Assembly: GCA_965217625.1 (NCBI GenBank)
Contig: OZ244557.1
Coordinates: 1,341,827 to 1,405,826, forward strand
Length of the DNA stretch: 64,000 nucleotides
DNA from: Dehalococcoidia bacterium
GTDB taxonomy: Bacteria; Chloroflexota; Dehalococcoidia; Bin125
Direction of reading: 5' to 3'
The translations under genes were made by a program, and so were the position numbers. Of the stretch, positions 49,908-58,621 are shown piece by piece (positions within the stretch are counted from its first letter, which is position 1; the number at the start of each line of letters is the position of its first letter). The notes under the pieces are model-generated. The model was not told where the DNA came from, ran no database searches, and saw only the letters and a program-made list of their open reading frames with translations.

Positions 49908-51202
49908 CAGGGTGCTGAAGAACGGGCTGCGGGCGACGTTGGCGCCGCCCGGAGGCGGCGCCGAGACATCCGCGCCGCGGTTTCTGGCGCTTCGGGTGCC
50001 CCTTCTCGCCCCGCCAGACGCCTCTCCGGGTACCGGATGGGCGGCTGGGCGCACGCCGCCTACCGAGGCACGGGCTCCAGCCGTGCGATGCGCACGAGGT
50101 TGTATGCCGCGGCGGTGAGCTCCAGCCAAGCGCGGTTGCGCTCGCGTCCGACGTAGCGCAGCTTGCGGCCCCCGCCCACGGTCTTGAGCCAGCCGAAGAC
50201 CTCCTCCACCCGCTTCCGCTGCCGTAGGCTGCGCGCGTAGCCGGGATGCCGCGTCGTGCGCCCGTCGATGGCGCTGCGCCGCCCCCGGTCGTTGCGGGCC
50301 ACGTGCGGCGTCACCCCGCGGGCGCGCACGGCCGCCACGAAGTCGCGGGTGTCGTAGGCCCGGTCCGCCCCCAGCGTGGCGCGCCCGCGCACGCTCCGCG
50401 CCAGCATCGTCAGGGCGGCGTCCCGCTCGCCGGTGCCGTCCGCCGGCGTCAACTCCACGTCCACCACCAGGCCGTGGCGGTTCTCGCTCAGCGCATGGCC
50501 CAGATAGCTGAGCTTCGCGGCCTGGCCCGACCCTTTCGTGTAGAGCTGCGCCTCCGCGTCGGTGCGGGAGACGTGCGTCTCCCGGCGCCGGCGCTGGCCC
50601 CGGAAGTCCACCTCGGCGTTGCGCCCACCCCCCGCGGCCGGCGGCGGCGCCTGCTCGTCCCGCGGGCGGTAGCTCTTGAGCGAGGCCCAGGCCTCCAACA
50701 GCGTCCCGTCCACGCTGAAGTGCTCGGCCGACGTGAGCCGCCGGCGCTGCGCCTCGTCCACGACCTCGGCGAAGAAGGCGCGCGCCACGTCGGCCTCCAG
50801 CAGCCGCGCGCGGTTCTTGGAGAAGGTGGTGGCGTTGAAGGGCGCGTCCTCGACGTTCAGGTCGAGGAACCACTTGAAGAGCAGGTTGTAGCGCAGTTGC
50901 TCGCAGAACTGGCGCTCGCTGCGCACCGAGTAGAGCGCGATCAGCAGGCTCCCCTTGAGCAGGTGCTCGGGCGGGATGGACGGTCGCCCGCGCTGGGCGT
51001 ACATCGCGTCGAAGCGCGGCGACAGCCGCGCCAGACACGCGTCCACCAGCGGCTTGATGCGCCGCAACGGGTGGTCGGCGGGGACGAACGTCTCCGGCGT
51101 CACCGCCAGCATGATCTGGGCCTGTCGCTCGCTGTCACCGCGCATGGGGCACCTCCGTGTCCCCAGGATCGCAGGTCCGGCCTTTTTCAGCACCCTGCTA
51201 GC
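49903..51202. mobile_element. IS5-superfamily insertion sequence (~1.3 kb) with 17-bp terminal inverted repeats GCTAGCAGGGTGCTGAA
   Basis: IRL is at 49903..49919 and IRR at 51186..51202, with further imperfect matching inward. A single DDE transposase lies inside. Confidence 0.8.
50060..51145 (-). CDS. IS5/IS1182-family DDE transposase
   Basis: It has the N-terminal DUF772-like region, FSVDGTLLEAWAS, GADRAYD and a C-terminal E ... K motif. Start is taken at MRGDSER. Confidence 0.85.
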   Translation of the reverse strand: MRGDSERQAQIMLAVTPETFVPADHPLRRIKPLVDACLARLSPRFDAMYAQRGRPSIPPEHLLKGSLLIALYSVRSERQFCEQLRYNLLFKWFLDLNVEDAPFNATTFSKNRARLLEADVARAFFAEVVDEAQRRRLTSAEHFSVDGTLLEAWASLKSYRPRDEQAPPPAAGGGRNAEVDFRGQRRRRETHVSRTDAEAQLYTKGSGQAAKLSYLGHALSENRHGLVVDVELTPADGTGERDAALTMLARSVRGRATLGADRAYDTRDFVAAVRARGVTPHVARNDRGRRSAIDGRTTRHPGYARSLRQRKRVEEVFGWLKTVGGGRKLRYVGRERNRAWLELTAAAYNLVRIARLEPVPR

Positions 51203-51250
51203 GCCTCCGCCCCCTCGACGCCCCGCCGGGCCGTGCGCCAGACTGGCAGG

Positions 51251-51326
51251 GGGCCCTTAGCTCAGCTGGCAGAGCAGCGGACTTTTAATCCGAAGGTCCA
51301 GGGTTCGAACCCCTGAGGGCCCACCA
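51251..51326 (+). tRNA. tRNA-Lys: tRNA-Lys (anticodon TTT)
   Basis: A 76-nt cloverleaf. The 7-bp acceptor stem GGGCCCT/AGGGCCC is followed by T8 A9, a GCTCAGCTGGCAGAGC D-arm and anticodon loop CTTTTAA. The TPsiC arm is GGTTCGAACCC and the CCA end is encoded. Confidence 0.9.
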
Positions 51327-51466
51327 CTTCGCTTCTTCATTAGGTCCGCCTCGAATCCGGCTCCATCAGGGGTCTGGAGCATCAGACTGGAACTCCGCTG
51401 CTCCGGTTCTTCGCTTGACTTCACGCCGCCCTAGAGCGTCCATGGACCTGCGAAACGGAGGGTCCC

Positions 51467-52426
51467 ATGGTCGCCGCATCCGCCCGCGAACGGGTCGATC
51501 CCGCCGGCATGGACGACGCCATCGCGGCGTACCTCGCGGCCTGCGAGGTGGAGGGGAAGAGCCCCCGCACGGTCCAGGCCTACTCGGAGACACTCAGCCG
51601 GTTCCGGACGATCGGCGTGGCGGAGGGCCTGCCCGATCGGGTCGCCGCGTTCCGCCCCGCCGACGTCTACCGCTTCATGAAGACGATCACCGATGCGGGC
51701 GTCTCGCTCGGGACCCGGCACCGGCGCTTCCGCGAGACGCGGGCGTTCTTCTCCTGGTGCCTCCGGATGGGCTACTGCGAGCAGCACCCCTTCGCGGGGA
51801 TCCCCAACGTCAGGGTGGAGCAGAAGGTGATTCAGCCGCTCACGGAGGAGGAGATCCGAGCGCTGCTCGATGTCTGCGATCCGGCCGAGGAGTACGGCTG
51901 CCGCAACCGGGCGATCATCCTGCTCTTCCTCGACACCGGCTTGCGCGCGGCGGAGTTGCACCAGCTCACGCTCGCGGATGTGTCCTGGGCGGACCGCCGC
52001 ATCCACATCCGCCACGGCACAGGGCGGAAGCAACGGGTGGTGCCGTTCGGGGAGGGACCCGAGGCCGCGCTGCAGTCGTACATCGATCGCTTCCGCGGGC
52101 AGACCGATGGGCCGCTGTTCCTGACGATCGAGCGGCCCAAGAAGCCGCGCGGGCCGATGAACAAGTACCTCTTGGGCACTCTCTTCGCGCGGCTCGGTGC
52201 CCGCGCCGGCGTGCACGCGAACCCGCACCGCTTCCGCCACACCTTCGCGACCTGGGCGATCGAGAACCACGCCCGGGAGCTCGACGTGCAGTACCTGCTC
52301 GGACACTCCACCTCGGCGATGGTGCGGCGCTACTCGGCCACCTACGACGCGGCGAAGGCGGCAGACGCGCATGCCAGCTTCAGCCCGGCGGCACGGCTCC
52401 TGGCAGCGGGGGAGCCGCTGCCGTGA
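51467..52426 (+). CDS. tyrosine recombinase/integrase (phage integrase family, XerC/D-like)
   Basis: An N-terminal SAM-like domain and a catalytic domain with R ... HRFRHTFAT ... LLGHSTSAMVRRY (R-H-R-Y) are present. It lies 140 bp downstream of the tRNA-Lys. Confidence 0.9.
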   Translation: MVAASARERVDPAGMDDAIAAYLAACEVEGKSPRTVQAYSETLSRFRTIGVAEGLPDRVAAFRPADVYRFMKTITDAGVSLGTRHRRFRETRAFFSWCLRMGYCEQHPFAGIPNVRVEQKVIQPLTEEEIRALLDVCDPAEEYGCRNRAIILLFLDTGLRAAELHQLTLADVSWADRRIHIRHGTGRKQRVVPFGEGPEAALQSYIDRFRGQTDGPLFLTIERPKKPRGPMNKYLLGTLFARLGARAGVHANPHRFRHTFATWAIENHARELDVQYLLGHSTSAMVRRYSATYDAAKAADAHASFSPAARLLAAGEPLP

Positions 52427-52428
52427 CG

Positions 52429-52611
52429 ATGGATCGGCCGAGCGAGCCGGTGCGCGAGGTGCCAATTCGCGACGTGGAGCAGGCGCTGCGAGTCGTGCGC
52501 GTTGGCGACCGCATCGTGCTGGAGCTCCCCGGCCGCTGGCGACTGCGGCTGCGGCGCCCGGAAGCCTGGGAGCTGGCGGAGGCCCTGGACGAGATCGCCA
52601 CGGCCCGGTAG
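52429..52611 (+). CDS. small hypothetical protein (60 aa) immediately after integrase
   Basis: ATG 52429 lies 3 bp after the integrase stop. The composition is Arg/Leu-rich, and it may be an excisionase-like or spurious call. Confidence 0.25.
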   Translation: MDRPSEPVREVPIRDVEQALRVVRVGDRIVLELPGRWRLRLRRPEAWELAEALDEIATAR

Positions 52612-52889
52612 GCCGCGCGCGTCACTGGTCAGGGGCCGTAGGGGCGTCCCGGCTGCCCACCCGTGCATCGACGCCGATGGGGGACTGAAGGAGACGGGGG
52701 CTTCGGCCGCCTGGGCGGCGCCGTCGGGCGCGGCTGCGGCTCCTCCGGCGGCGACGGCGGCGCCACGCTCTCGGGATGCGAGTCGCGCGTCCCGCCACCG
52801 ACCCTCGCTTGACTTGTCCGCGAAGCAGAGCGTCCATGGACCCACATGGACGCCGACACGCTGACGTTGACCGCGCTCGCCGAGACCTA

Positions 52890-53249
52890 CCTATCCGGGA
52901 CCGGGACGCCGCCTACGGTCGCGACTTCGCGCAGAAGGCGGACAGGCTCGGCATCACGACGATCCTGACGCCAGTCCGGGCACCGCAAGCCAACGCGATC
53001 GCGGAACGCGTCAGCGGGACGATCCGGCGCGAGTGCCTGGAGCATGTGATCGTGCTGAGCGAGCGCCACCTGCGCCGCATCATGCGGGAGTACGTCACGT
53101 ATTACAACGGGGCCCGCCCGCATCAGGCGTTCCGGCTCGACCCACCCGACGGACCGCGGGGCGCCGCGGCGCCAGATGACCGGCACCGGCGAGTGGTTGG
53201 GACGCCCGTCCTCGGTGGCCTGCATCACGTCTATCGCTGGGCGGCTTGA
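52890..53249 (+). pseudogene. integrase-core (rve) transposase C-terminal fragment
   Basis: ILTPVRAPQANAIAERVSGTIRRECLEHVIVLSERHLRRIMREYVTYYNGARPHQAF is the canonical end of the rve domain. No N-terminal DDE residues or start are present. Confidence 0.6.
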
Positions 53250-53671
53250 TCGGCGGATGGAGTTTTGACGCTGCACAATACCGCGGTGACGAGCAGCGTG
53301 ACGATCAACATGAACACGATCGCGACGGCGGTCATGGCCCCGAATGCCGAGGCGAACGTCAGCCCGTTCGCCCCGGCGCTGCCCTCGCCAGACAGCCGTT
53401 GACCAGAGCTGGTGGGACTCCTCTCGATCGGCCACGGCTCGTCTACACGAATCAGCCTGACGATTCGGGTTTTGTGGTCCCACCGCGCCCATCCCCGTGG
53501 TCCACACACGTTTTCGATGACAAGCGAGGTACCGACCTCCGCGACCGCCGCGGACCGCGATGTCCGGTCGCGGAGAAGGTCATGGCGCCGTCGCGGATGG
53601 GGGTGCAGCATGATCCGCGCCTCACGCAACCGTTACCATCCTGACCGGCCCCTCAGAAACCGGTCCAGATC

Positions 53672-54127
53672 CTATGAGAGGATCCGGGGCGGACGAGGGG
53701 AGTCGGCATGGCCCGGAAGCGGTACAGCGCGGAGGAGATCATCGGCAAACTGCGGGAGGCGGAGGTGGCGCTGGCGCAGGGGGAATCGGTCGCGCAGGTC
53801 GCGCGCCGCCTCGGCGTGGCCGAGCCCCACGGCTTCGTTGAGGCGGCACTCCGAGGTAGCCGGAGCGTGAAGCAGTGCGGCTCCGAGCCGCCGGATGCCG
53901 GGTTGGGTCGTGAGTGCGTCGATGTGCCAGCGGAGGGGCTTGCGGGGCGCGAGGTGGCGCTGCACCCGGCGCGCCAGCCCGGGCTGCGCGCTCCCGACGT
54001 AGAGGTACACGCCCGGCGACAGCAGATGCTCGCCGAGGGCTCCCACCTCGACCGTGGTGCTCCCGGGGACGTGCAGGACGAGCACGTATAGGCCGCTGTC
54101 CGGCAGGGCGCTTCCGTGCGCGGCCAT
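53672..54127 (-). CDS. DUF123 / GIY-YIG-like nuclease family protein
   Basis: GLYVLVLHV ... GVYLYVGSA ... RVQRHL ... WHIDAL matches the DUF123 signature (G.Y.YVGSA ... R..RH ... HWHIDYL). Start is taken at MAAHGS. Confidence 0.55.
   Translation of the reverse strand: MAAHGSALPDSGLYVLVLHVPGSTTVEVGALGEHLLSPGVYLYVGSAQPGLARRVQRHLAPRKPLRWHIDALTTQPGIRRLGAALLHAPATSECRLNEAVGLGHAEAARDLRDRFPLRQRHLRLPQFADDLLRAVPLPGHADSPRPPRILS
53708..53820 (+). pseudogene. IS3-family OrfA (HTH) N-terminal fragment
   Basis: MARKRYSAEEIIGKLREAEVALAQGESVAQVARRLGV matches the IS3 OrfA N-terminus. Homology stops after ~37 codons, and it overlaps the DUF123 gene on the opposite strand. Confidence 0.35.
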
Positions 54128-54337
54128 TGGACCCTCGCACGCTCGCCCGAACGATAGGGGGGCAGGGGGGCCCGGTGCCGGCCGGCCCCGGGGGTGCTGC
54201 CGTCCGCGCCGCCGTGCGCCCTTGGTGTGCCCGCGAGGACCGCCGATTCGCAATCCGTCGCCGGCCGCCGCCTCACCGCGAACCACGTCCGCACCCAGGT
54301 CGGCCAGGAGGCGCCCCGCCAGACCCAGACACTCGTC

Positions 54338-55195
54338 GCTGAGGTCGACGACGACTGATCCGGTCAGCGGCAGCGCGGACGTCGCCCCTAGGCGTCCGCG
54401 GGTGGATGCAGCTGGTAGAGATCCCTCATGCGGCTGCCGATCAGTTGCATGCGCAGGTCATCGTCAAGCGCGGGAAGGAAGGAGCGGTTGAGCGACTCCT
54501 TGAGGACGCCGAGGAAGCCGTGACGGGTGCGGCCGATCTCGGCGAGGCGCTCCGCCAGCGCGCTGACCTCTTCCGCGAGCGCGCCCGGCGCCGCGACTTT
54601 CGTGATCAGGCCCAGGTCCGCGGCGTCCTGCGCCGAGGTAAAGCCGTCGTCGAGGATCAGCCGCCAGGCGTGCTTCAGCCCCACGTACTTGGGCAGGAAG
54701 GCCGTTGCGGTGATCACCAGTCTGAATTGGGAGTCGGGGTCGGCGATCGCGAAGTCGGAGGCGAGCATGAGGTCGAAGCCGGACCCCATGCAGTAGCCGT
54801 GCACCTCGGCGATCACGGGTTGAGGGATACGCCGCAACAGGGTTTGCAGCTGGTGGTAGGGATACCGTCCCTGATTGAACGGCGCGCTGTGCGGGGCGGA
54901 CATGGTGCGCTCGTCCGTCCTGTCGTCGCCCGAACTGAACGACTTCCCCGTGCCGCCCAGGATCAGCACCTGGACAGTCGGGTCGCGACCCACGCGCGTC
55001 ACGACATCGATCATCGCGTCGCCGACCTCCGTGTTGATCGCGTTGTGCCGTTCCGGCCGATTGATCGTGAGCCGCGTGATCGGCCCGTCCTCGATGATGA
55101 GTGCCTTGGTCACGGCGGCCCTCCGGTCTCGTGCGCCGCGCGTGGATGCCCACGCGCCCGCATCGCGAATCCTATCCCCAGCTGCTCGAAGACGA
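54338..55195. repeat. inverted copy B of the ~860-bp duplication (partner 31822..32680)
   Basis: See copy A. The reverse complement aligns base for base with a few mismatches. Confidence 0.85.
54388..55113 (-). CDS. enoyl-CoA hydratase/isomerase (duplicate copy B)
   Basis: GTG start at 55113. It differs from copy A by 3 aa (E4A, L to F, E to D). The six-frame ORF to 55470 is an over-extension. Confidence 0.85.
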   Translation of the reverse strand: MTKALIIEDGPITRLTINRPERHNAINTEVGDAMIDVVTRVGRDPTVQVLILGGTGKSFSSGDDRTDERTMSAPHSAPFNQGRYPYHQLQTLLRRIPQPVIAEVHGYCMGSGFDLMLASDFAIADPDSQFRLVITATAFLPKYVGLKHAWRLILDDGFTSAQDAADLGLITKVAAPGALAEEVSALAERLAEIGRTRHGFLGVLKESLNRSFLPALDDDLRMQLIGSRMRDLYQLHPPADA

Positions 55196-55522
55196 TGAGA
55201 GCCGCGACGTGGGCGCGTTCGCCGTCTTCGACCCGGAGGTCGACGGGGAGCGGCTGCAGTGCACGCCGATCCGGACGACCCGCGGATGTTCCGCGACCGG
55301 CGCAGCGGGTCGGTCTGGAACATCTTCGGCCAGGCGCTGAGCGGCCCCTTGGCGGGGACCCGGCTCACGCCGATCGCGCACGGCACGCATCTCTGGTTCG
55401 CGTGGACAGCGTTCGAACCGGACACCGCGATCCGGGAATAGGCACGCAGCAGACCGCGCCCGGGACGCAACGGCGAGCCGCCGCCGCACGGCGGCGGCTC
55501 CGCGACGCCTACACAGACGCTG

Positions 55523-57997
55523 CTAGACGGCCTTCAACTTCTGCGCCGCGTAGAGATGGTTCCAGTTCCGCCCCTGCACCGCGCCGGCGGGCCAGCGGAT
55601 ATCCGAGCGGGTGAGCGCCGCCTTCTGCAGGGTGACCACGTAGCCGTGGTAGTGGCCCTTGGCATGATCGAGGAACAACTGGCTGATTATCTCACCCCGC
55701 TTCTGCGGGTCCAACTCCCTGGATTGGGCCCGTGCGAGCGCCACAATCTCCTCATACGCGGGGTCGTCGCTCGGCGTCGAGATCCCGTAGACCCCCTCCG
55801 GCAGGATGCAACAGTTGAGCACCGACTGCACGTCGGGATGGAAGGCGCTGGAGAAAGACCAGATCCCGGGCGCGTTGGGCCGCTGGCGCGCGCCCGCATT
55901 GGAGAAGTACTCCGCGGCGGTGTACTCCTTGATCGTCAGCCGGATGCCGATCGCGGCGAGGTCCTGCTGCACCACGAGCGACAGCTCTGCCTTGAGGTTC
56001 CAGACGCCGACGACGGTGTGGAGCGTGGTGTCGAAGCCGTCGGCGTAGCCTGCCTCGGCCATCAGCGCCCGTGCCCGCTCGGGATCGTAGGCGAATTTCA
56101 CGCCCGCCGCCTCCACCTGCTCATCCGAGGGATGACCGAAGGAAGAGCGGGGCGTGAACAGGGGCTGCTCCTCCGTGCCCGTCAGCAGGTTGTCAATGAT
56201 GTCCTGGCGGTTGATCGCAATGTTGATCGCCTCCCGGACCCGAATGTCCAGGAACGGGTTGGGGGAGCCGTCTTCCATCACGGGGTTGTTCAGGTTCGGA
56301 TAGAGCAGCTCGGCGCGGGCGCCCTCGTAGTGGATGTCATACGCGGGGTCGTCAATGAACCCCTCCACGTCCTTGGTCGCCAAGCCGTAGAGCAGGTCGA
56401 GTTCCCCTGCCTCGAGCCCGGCGATTTGCGACAGCACCTCCGGCCGCACCTCCACGCGAAGGTCCTTATGGAAGGGCACGTGCCTCACGTTGATCGGGTG
56501 GTCCAGCGGGTTGAGGTGGTCGTCGTGGCGGGTGAAGACGAAGTCCGTGTCTTCGCCGTGGCTCACGAAGCGGTAGGGGCCGGTCCCCATCGGCTCCTGG
56601 TCCATCACCGCGTCCCCCACACGCTCCGTATAGGCCTTGGAGACGATCGCCAGTGACTGCGCGCCCTCCGGCAAGATCACCCCAATAAAGGTGGCATTCG
56701 GCTCGTGCAGCTCCACGACCCAGGTACGCGCATCTTGGGCCTCGCTGCGGGCCCAGACCTGCGAGCCGTATTGCGCGCGCGCGCTGGTCCAGCCGGATGG
56801 GTGATCGCTCGTCTCGCCGCCTTGGTGGTACTCGGCGATGTTGCCCGCCCGCTCGTAGGTGAAGACCAGGTCCTCCGCCGAGAGGATCGATCCGTCGTGG
56901 AAGGGGGCAGGCCGGACGTCGGCCACCATCGTCAGGTCGTCCACGAACTCGGCCGCGACCATGTGAGGGATCACCGCGTTCGTGTCGGGGTCGGTCTCGA
57001 CCGCGCTGTCGAAGACGTTGCCGTGGGAGATGTAGTTGAGGTGGCTGCCCGTGCGGACCTGGTCGAGCCCGCCATTGTCGCTCGGGACCGCGGTCGTGAT
57101 CGTCGCGTCCAGGTCGATGTCGGCGAAGGGGCCCGAGGCCTCGTCGGCCATGTCGTCCTCCGCCGCCATGGCCGCGCTCTCGGCGGCCTGCTGGGCCGCG
57201 TCGGCGGCCTCTTGGGCGGCGGCGACGGCCGCGGCGGCGGTTTCGGCCGCGGCTTCGGCGACGGCCTCGGCGGTGGCGGCGGTCTCCGCGGCGGTGGCAG
57301 CGGTCTCCGCGGCGGTGGCGGCGGCCTGGCCCGCGGCGGCGGACGCCTCCCCGGCGGCGGCGGCGGCGGCGGCCGCGGCCGCGGCGGCCTCGTCGATGGC
57401 GGCCTGGGCGGCCTCCGCGGTGGCCGTGCCGGCCTCGACCGCGGCGGCCGCGTCGCGGGCGGCCTGGGCGGCGGCCTCGGCCGCCTCGGAGGCGGCAGCG
57501 GCGACGGCCGCGGCGGCCTGATCACCGGCCGCGGATGCGGCGGCGGCCGCATCGGCGGCCGCCGCGGCGGCGGCTTCCGCGGCGGCGGCCGCGTTGGCGG
57601 CGTCCTCCGACTCGGCCGCCTCGGCGGCCAGGGCGGCGGCCGCATCGGCGGCGCTGGCCGCCTGCGCGGCGGCGTCGGAGGCTTCGCCGGCGGCGGCGGA
57701 GGCTTCGCCGGCGGCGGCGGCCGCGTCGGCCGCAGCGTCTGCCGCCTCGGCCGCGACCGCGGCTGCGGCCTCGGAGTCGGCGGCGCGCGCATCCCCGGCG
57801 GCGACCGCCGCGGCGGCGGCCTCCTCCGCGGCCGCGGCGGCCCGTTCGGCGGCCACGGCCCCGGCGTCGGGCTCGTCGTCGTCGCCGCAGCCGACCAGCG
57901 CGAGGCCGGCCGCGCCAACCCCAGCCTTCGCGCTGGCTCCCAACATCGTGCGACGGCTGATCTGGCGGCGTCGCAGGGTCTTCCAGTAGTTGCTCAT
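55523..57997 (-). CDS. ABC substrate-binding lipoprotein (SBP family 5) paralog with ~250-aa Ala/Glu-rich linker
   Basis: The start MSNYWKTLRRRQISRRTMLGASAKAGVGAAGLALVGCG is paralogous to the 5709 gene N-terminus. The body is an SBP_bac_5 domain, and the upstream 42 codons of the six-frame ORF are not used. Confidence 0.85.
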   Translation of the reverse strand: MSNYWKTLRRRQISRRTMLGASAKAGVGAAGLALVGCGDDDEPDAGAVAAERAAAAAEEAAAAAVAAGDARAADSEAAAAVAAEAADAAADAAAAAGEASAAAGEASDAAAQAASAADAAAALAAEAAESEDAANAAAAAEAAAAAAADAAAAASAAGDQAAAAVAAAASEAAEAAAQAARDAAAAVEAGTATAEAAQAAIDEAAAAAAAAAAAAGEASAAAGQAAATAAETAATAAETAATAEAVAEAAAETAAAAVAAAQEAADAAQQAAESAAMAAEDDMADEASGPFADIDLDATITTAVPSDNGGLDQVRTGSHLNYISHGNVFDSAVETDPDTNAVIPHMVAAEFVDDLTMVADVRPAPFHDGSILSAEDLVFTYERAGNIAEYHQGGETSDHPSGWTSARAQYGSQVWARSEAQDARTWVVELHEPNATFIGVILPEGAQSLAIVSKAYTERVGDAVMDQEPMGTGPYRFVSHGEDTDFVFTRHDDHLNPLDHPINVRHVPFHKDLRVEVRPEVLSQIAGLEAGELDLLYGLATKDVEGFIDDPAYDIHYEGARAELLYPNLNNPVMEDGSPNPFLDIRVREAINIAINRQDIIDNLLTGTEEQPLFTPRSSFGHPSDEQVEAAGVKFAYDPERARALMAEAGYADGFDTTLHTVVGVWNLKAELSLVVQQDLAAIGIRLTIKEYTAAEYFSNAGARQRPNAPGIWSFSSAFHPDVQSVLNCCILPEGVYGISTPSDDPAYEEIVALARAQSRELDPQKRGEIISQLFLDHAKGHYHGYVVTLQKAALTRSDIRWPAGAVQGRNWNHLYAAQKLKAV

Positions 57998-58194
57998 GGC
58001 ACTTTCCCTTCCGTGGAACGCGGGCGCCGGCCACCTGGGGACGGCTTCGCGAAACCAGAGCGCGTGTATTATGAGGTCTAGGGGGGGGGAAATCAAGGGG
58101 TTTGGGAAAGTTATTTTCTTCACAATGTGGACAATCGGGGTGCAGACAACCTGTCCCCCCTCTGTATGTATGCATCAGGGGGTGGAACGGGGGG

Positions 58195-58352
58195 AACCTC
58201 ACCCCCTAACCCCCTCTCCATTGCAGAGCAATGGAGAGGGGGGACTCCGATCCCCTCTCCCTGGGGAGAGGGTTAGGGTGAGGGGGTCTCAGCGCCCGCG
58301 CCCACGTTCCCCCTCTCCACCGTCCAGATGGAGAGGGGGACAGGGGGTGAGG
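58195..58352. repeat. composite palindromic (REP/MITE-like) element: three hairpins with identical 9-bp stems CCCCTCTCC/GGAGAGGGG nested in GGGGGTGAG-type inverted repeats
   Basis: Hairpin 1 is 58211..58241 with loop ATTGCAGAGCAAT. Hairpin 2 is 58252..58272 with loop CTGG. Hairpin 3 is 58310..58339. Outer inverted repeats are CTCACCCCCTAACC (58197..) and GGTTAGGGTGAGGGGG (58271..), with another GGGGGTGAGG at 58343. Confidence 0.7.
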
Positions 58353-58621
58353 TCGGTGCGACGGGGCGCTAGCGCTTGGTGTACTGCGGAGCCTTGCGGG
58401 CGCGCTTGAGGCCCGGCTTCTTGCGCTCCTTGACGCGGGCGTCGCGGGTGAGCATGCCGGCCCGCTTGAGCGTGGGGCGCAGGCCGGCGTTTGGCTCGCC
58501 GCCTCGCGTCCTCGGGCCCCGGTTCGCTCCGACAGTTCCCGGGGAGCCCCAACCGCCTCCGGGCCGACGTCGCAGTCCGCCAGGGTGTGCTATCGCTGTG
58601 TGGATGGCGTCTCGAGTGCCG

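Noticed and set aside
51415-52611. 398-aa ORF overlapping the integrase in another frame
   Set aside because: It is an alternate frame of the integrase gene. Only its last 60 codons (52429..52611) could be an independent small gene.
53708-54091. Full 127-aa ORF as an IS3 OrfA transposase
   Set aside because: Only the first ~37 residues resemble the OrfA HTH. The remainder is the antisense of the DUF123-family gene, which carries a much longer conserved signature.
58195-58352. Palindromic repeat cluster as a CRISPR array
   Set aside because: The repeats are hairpin stems with irregular spacing, not direct repeats with uniform spacers. No cas genes are present in the window.
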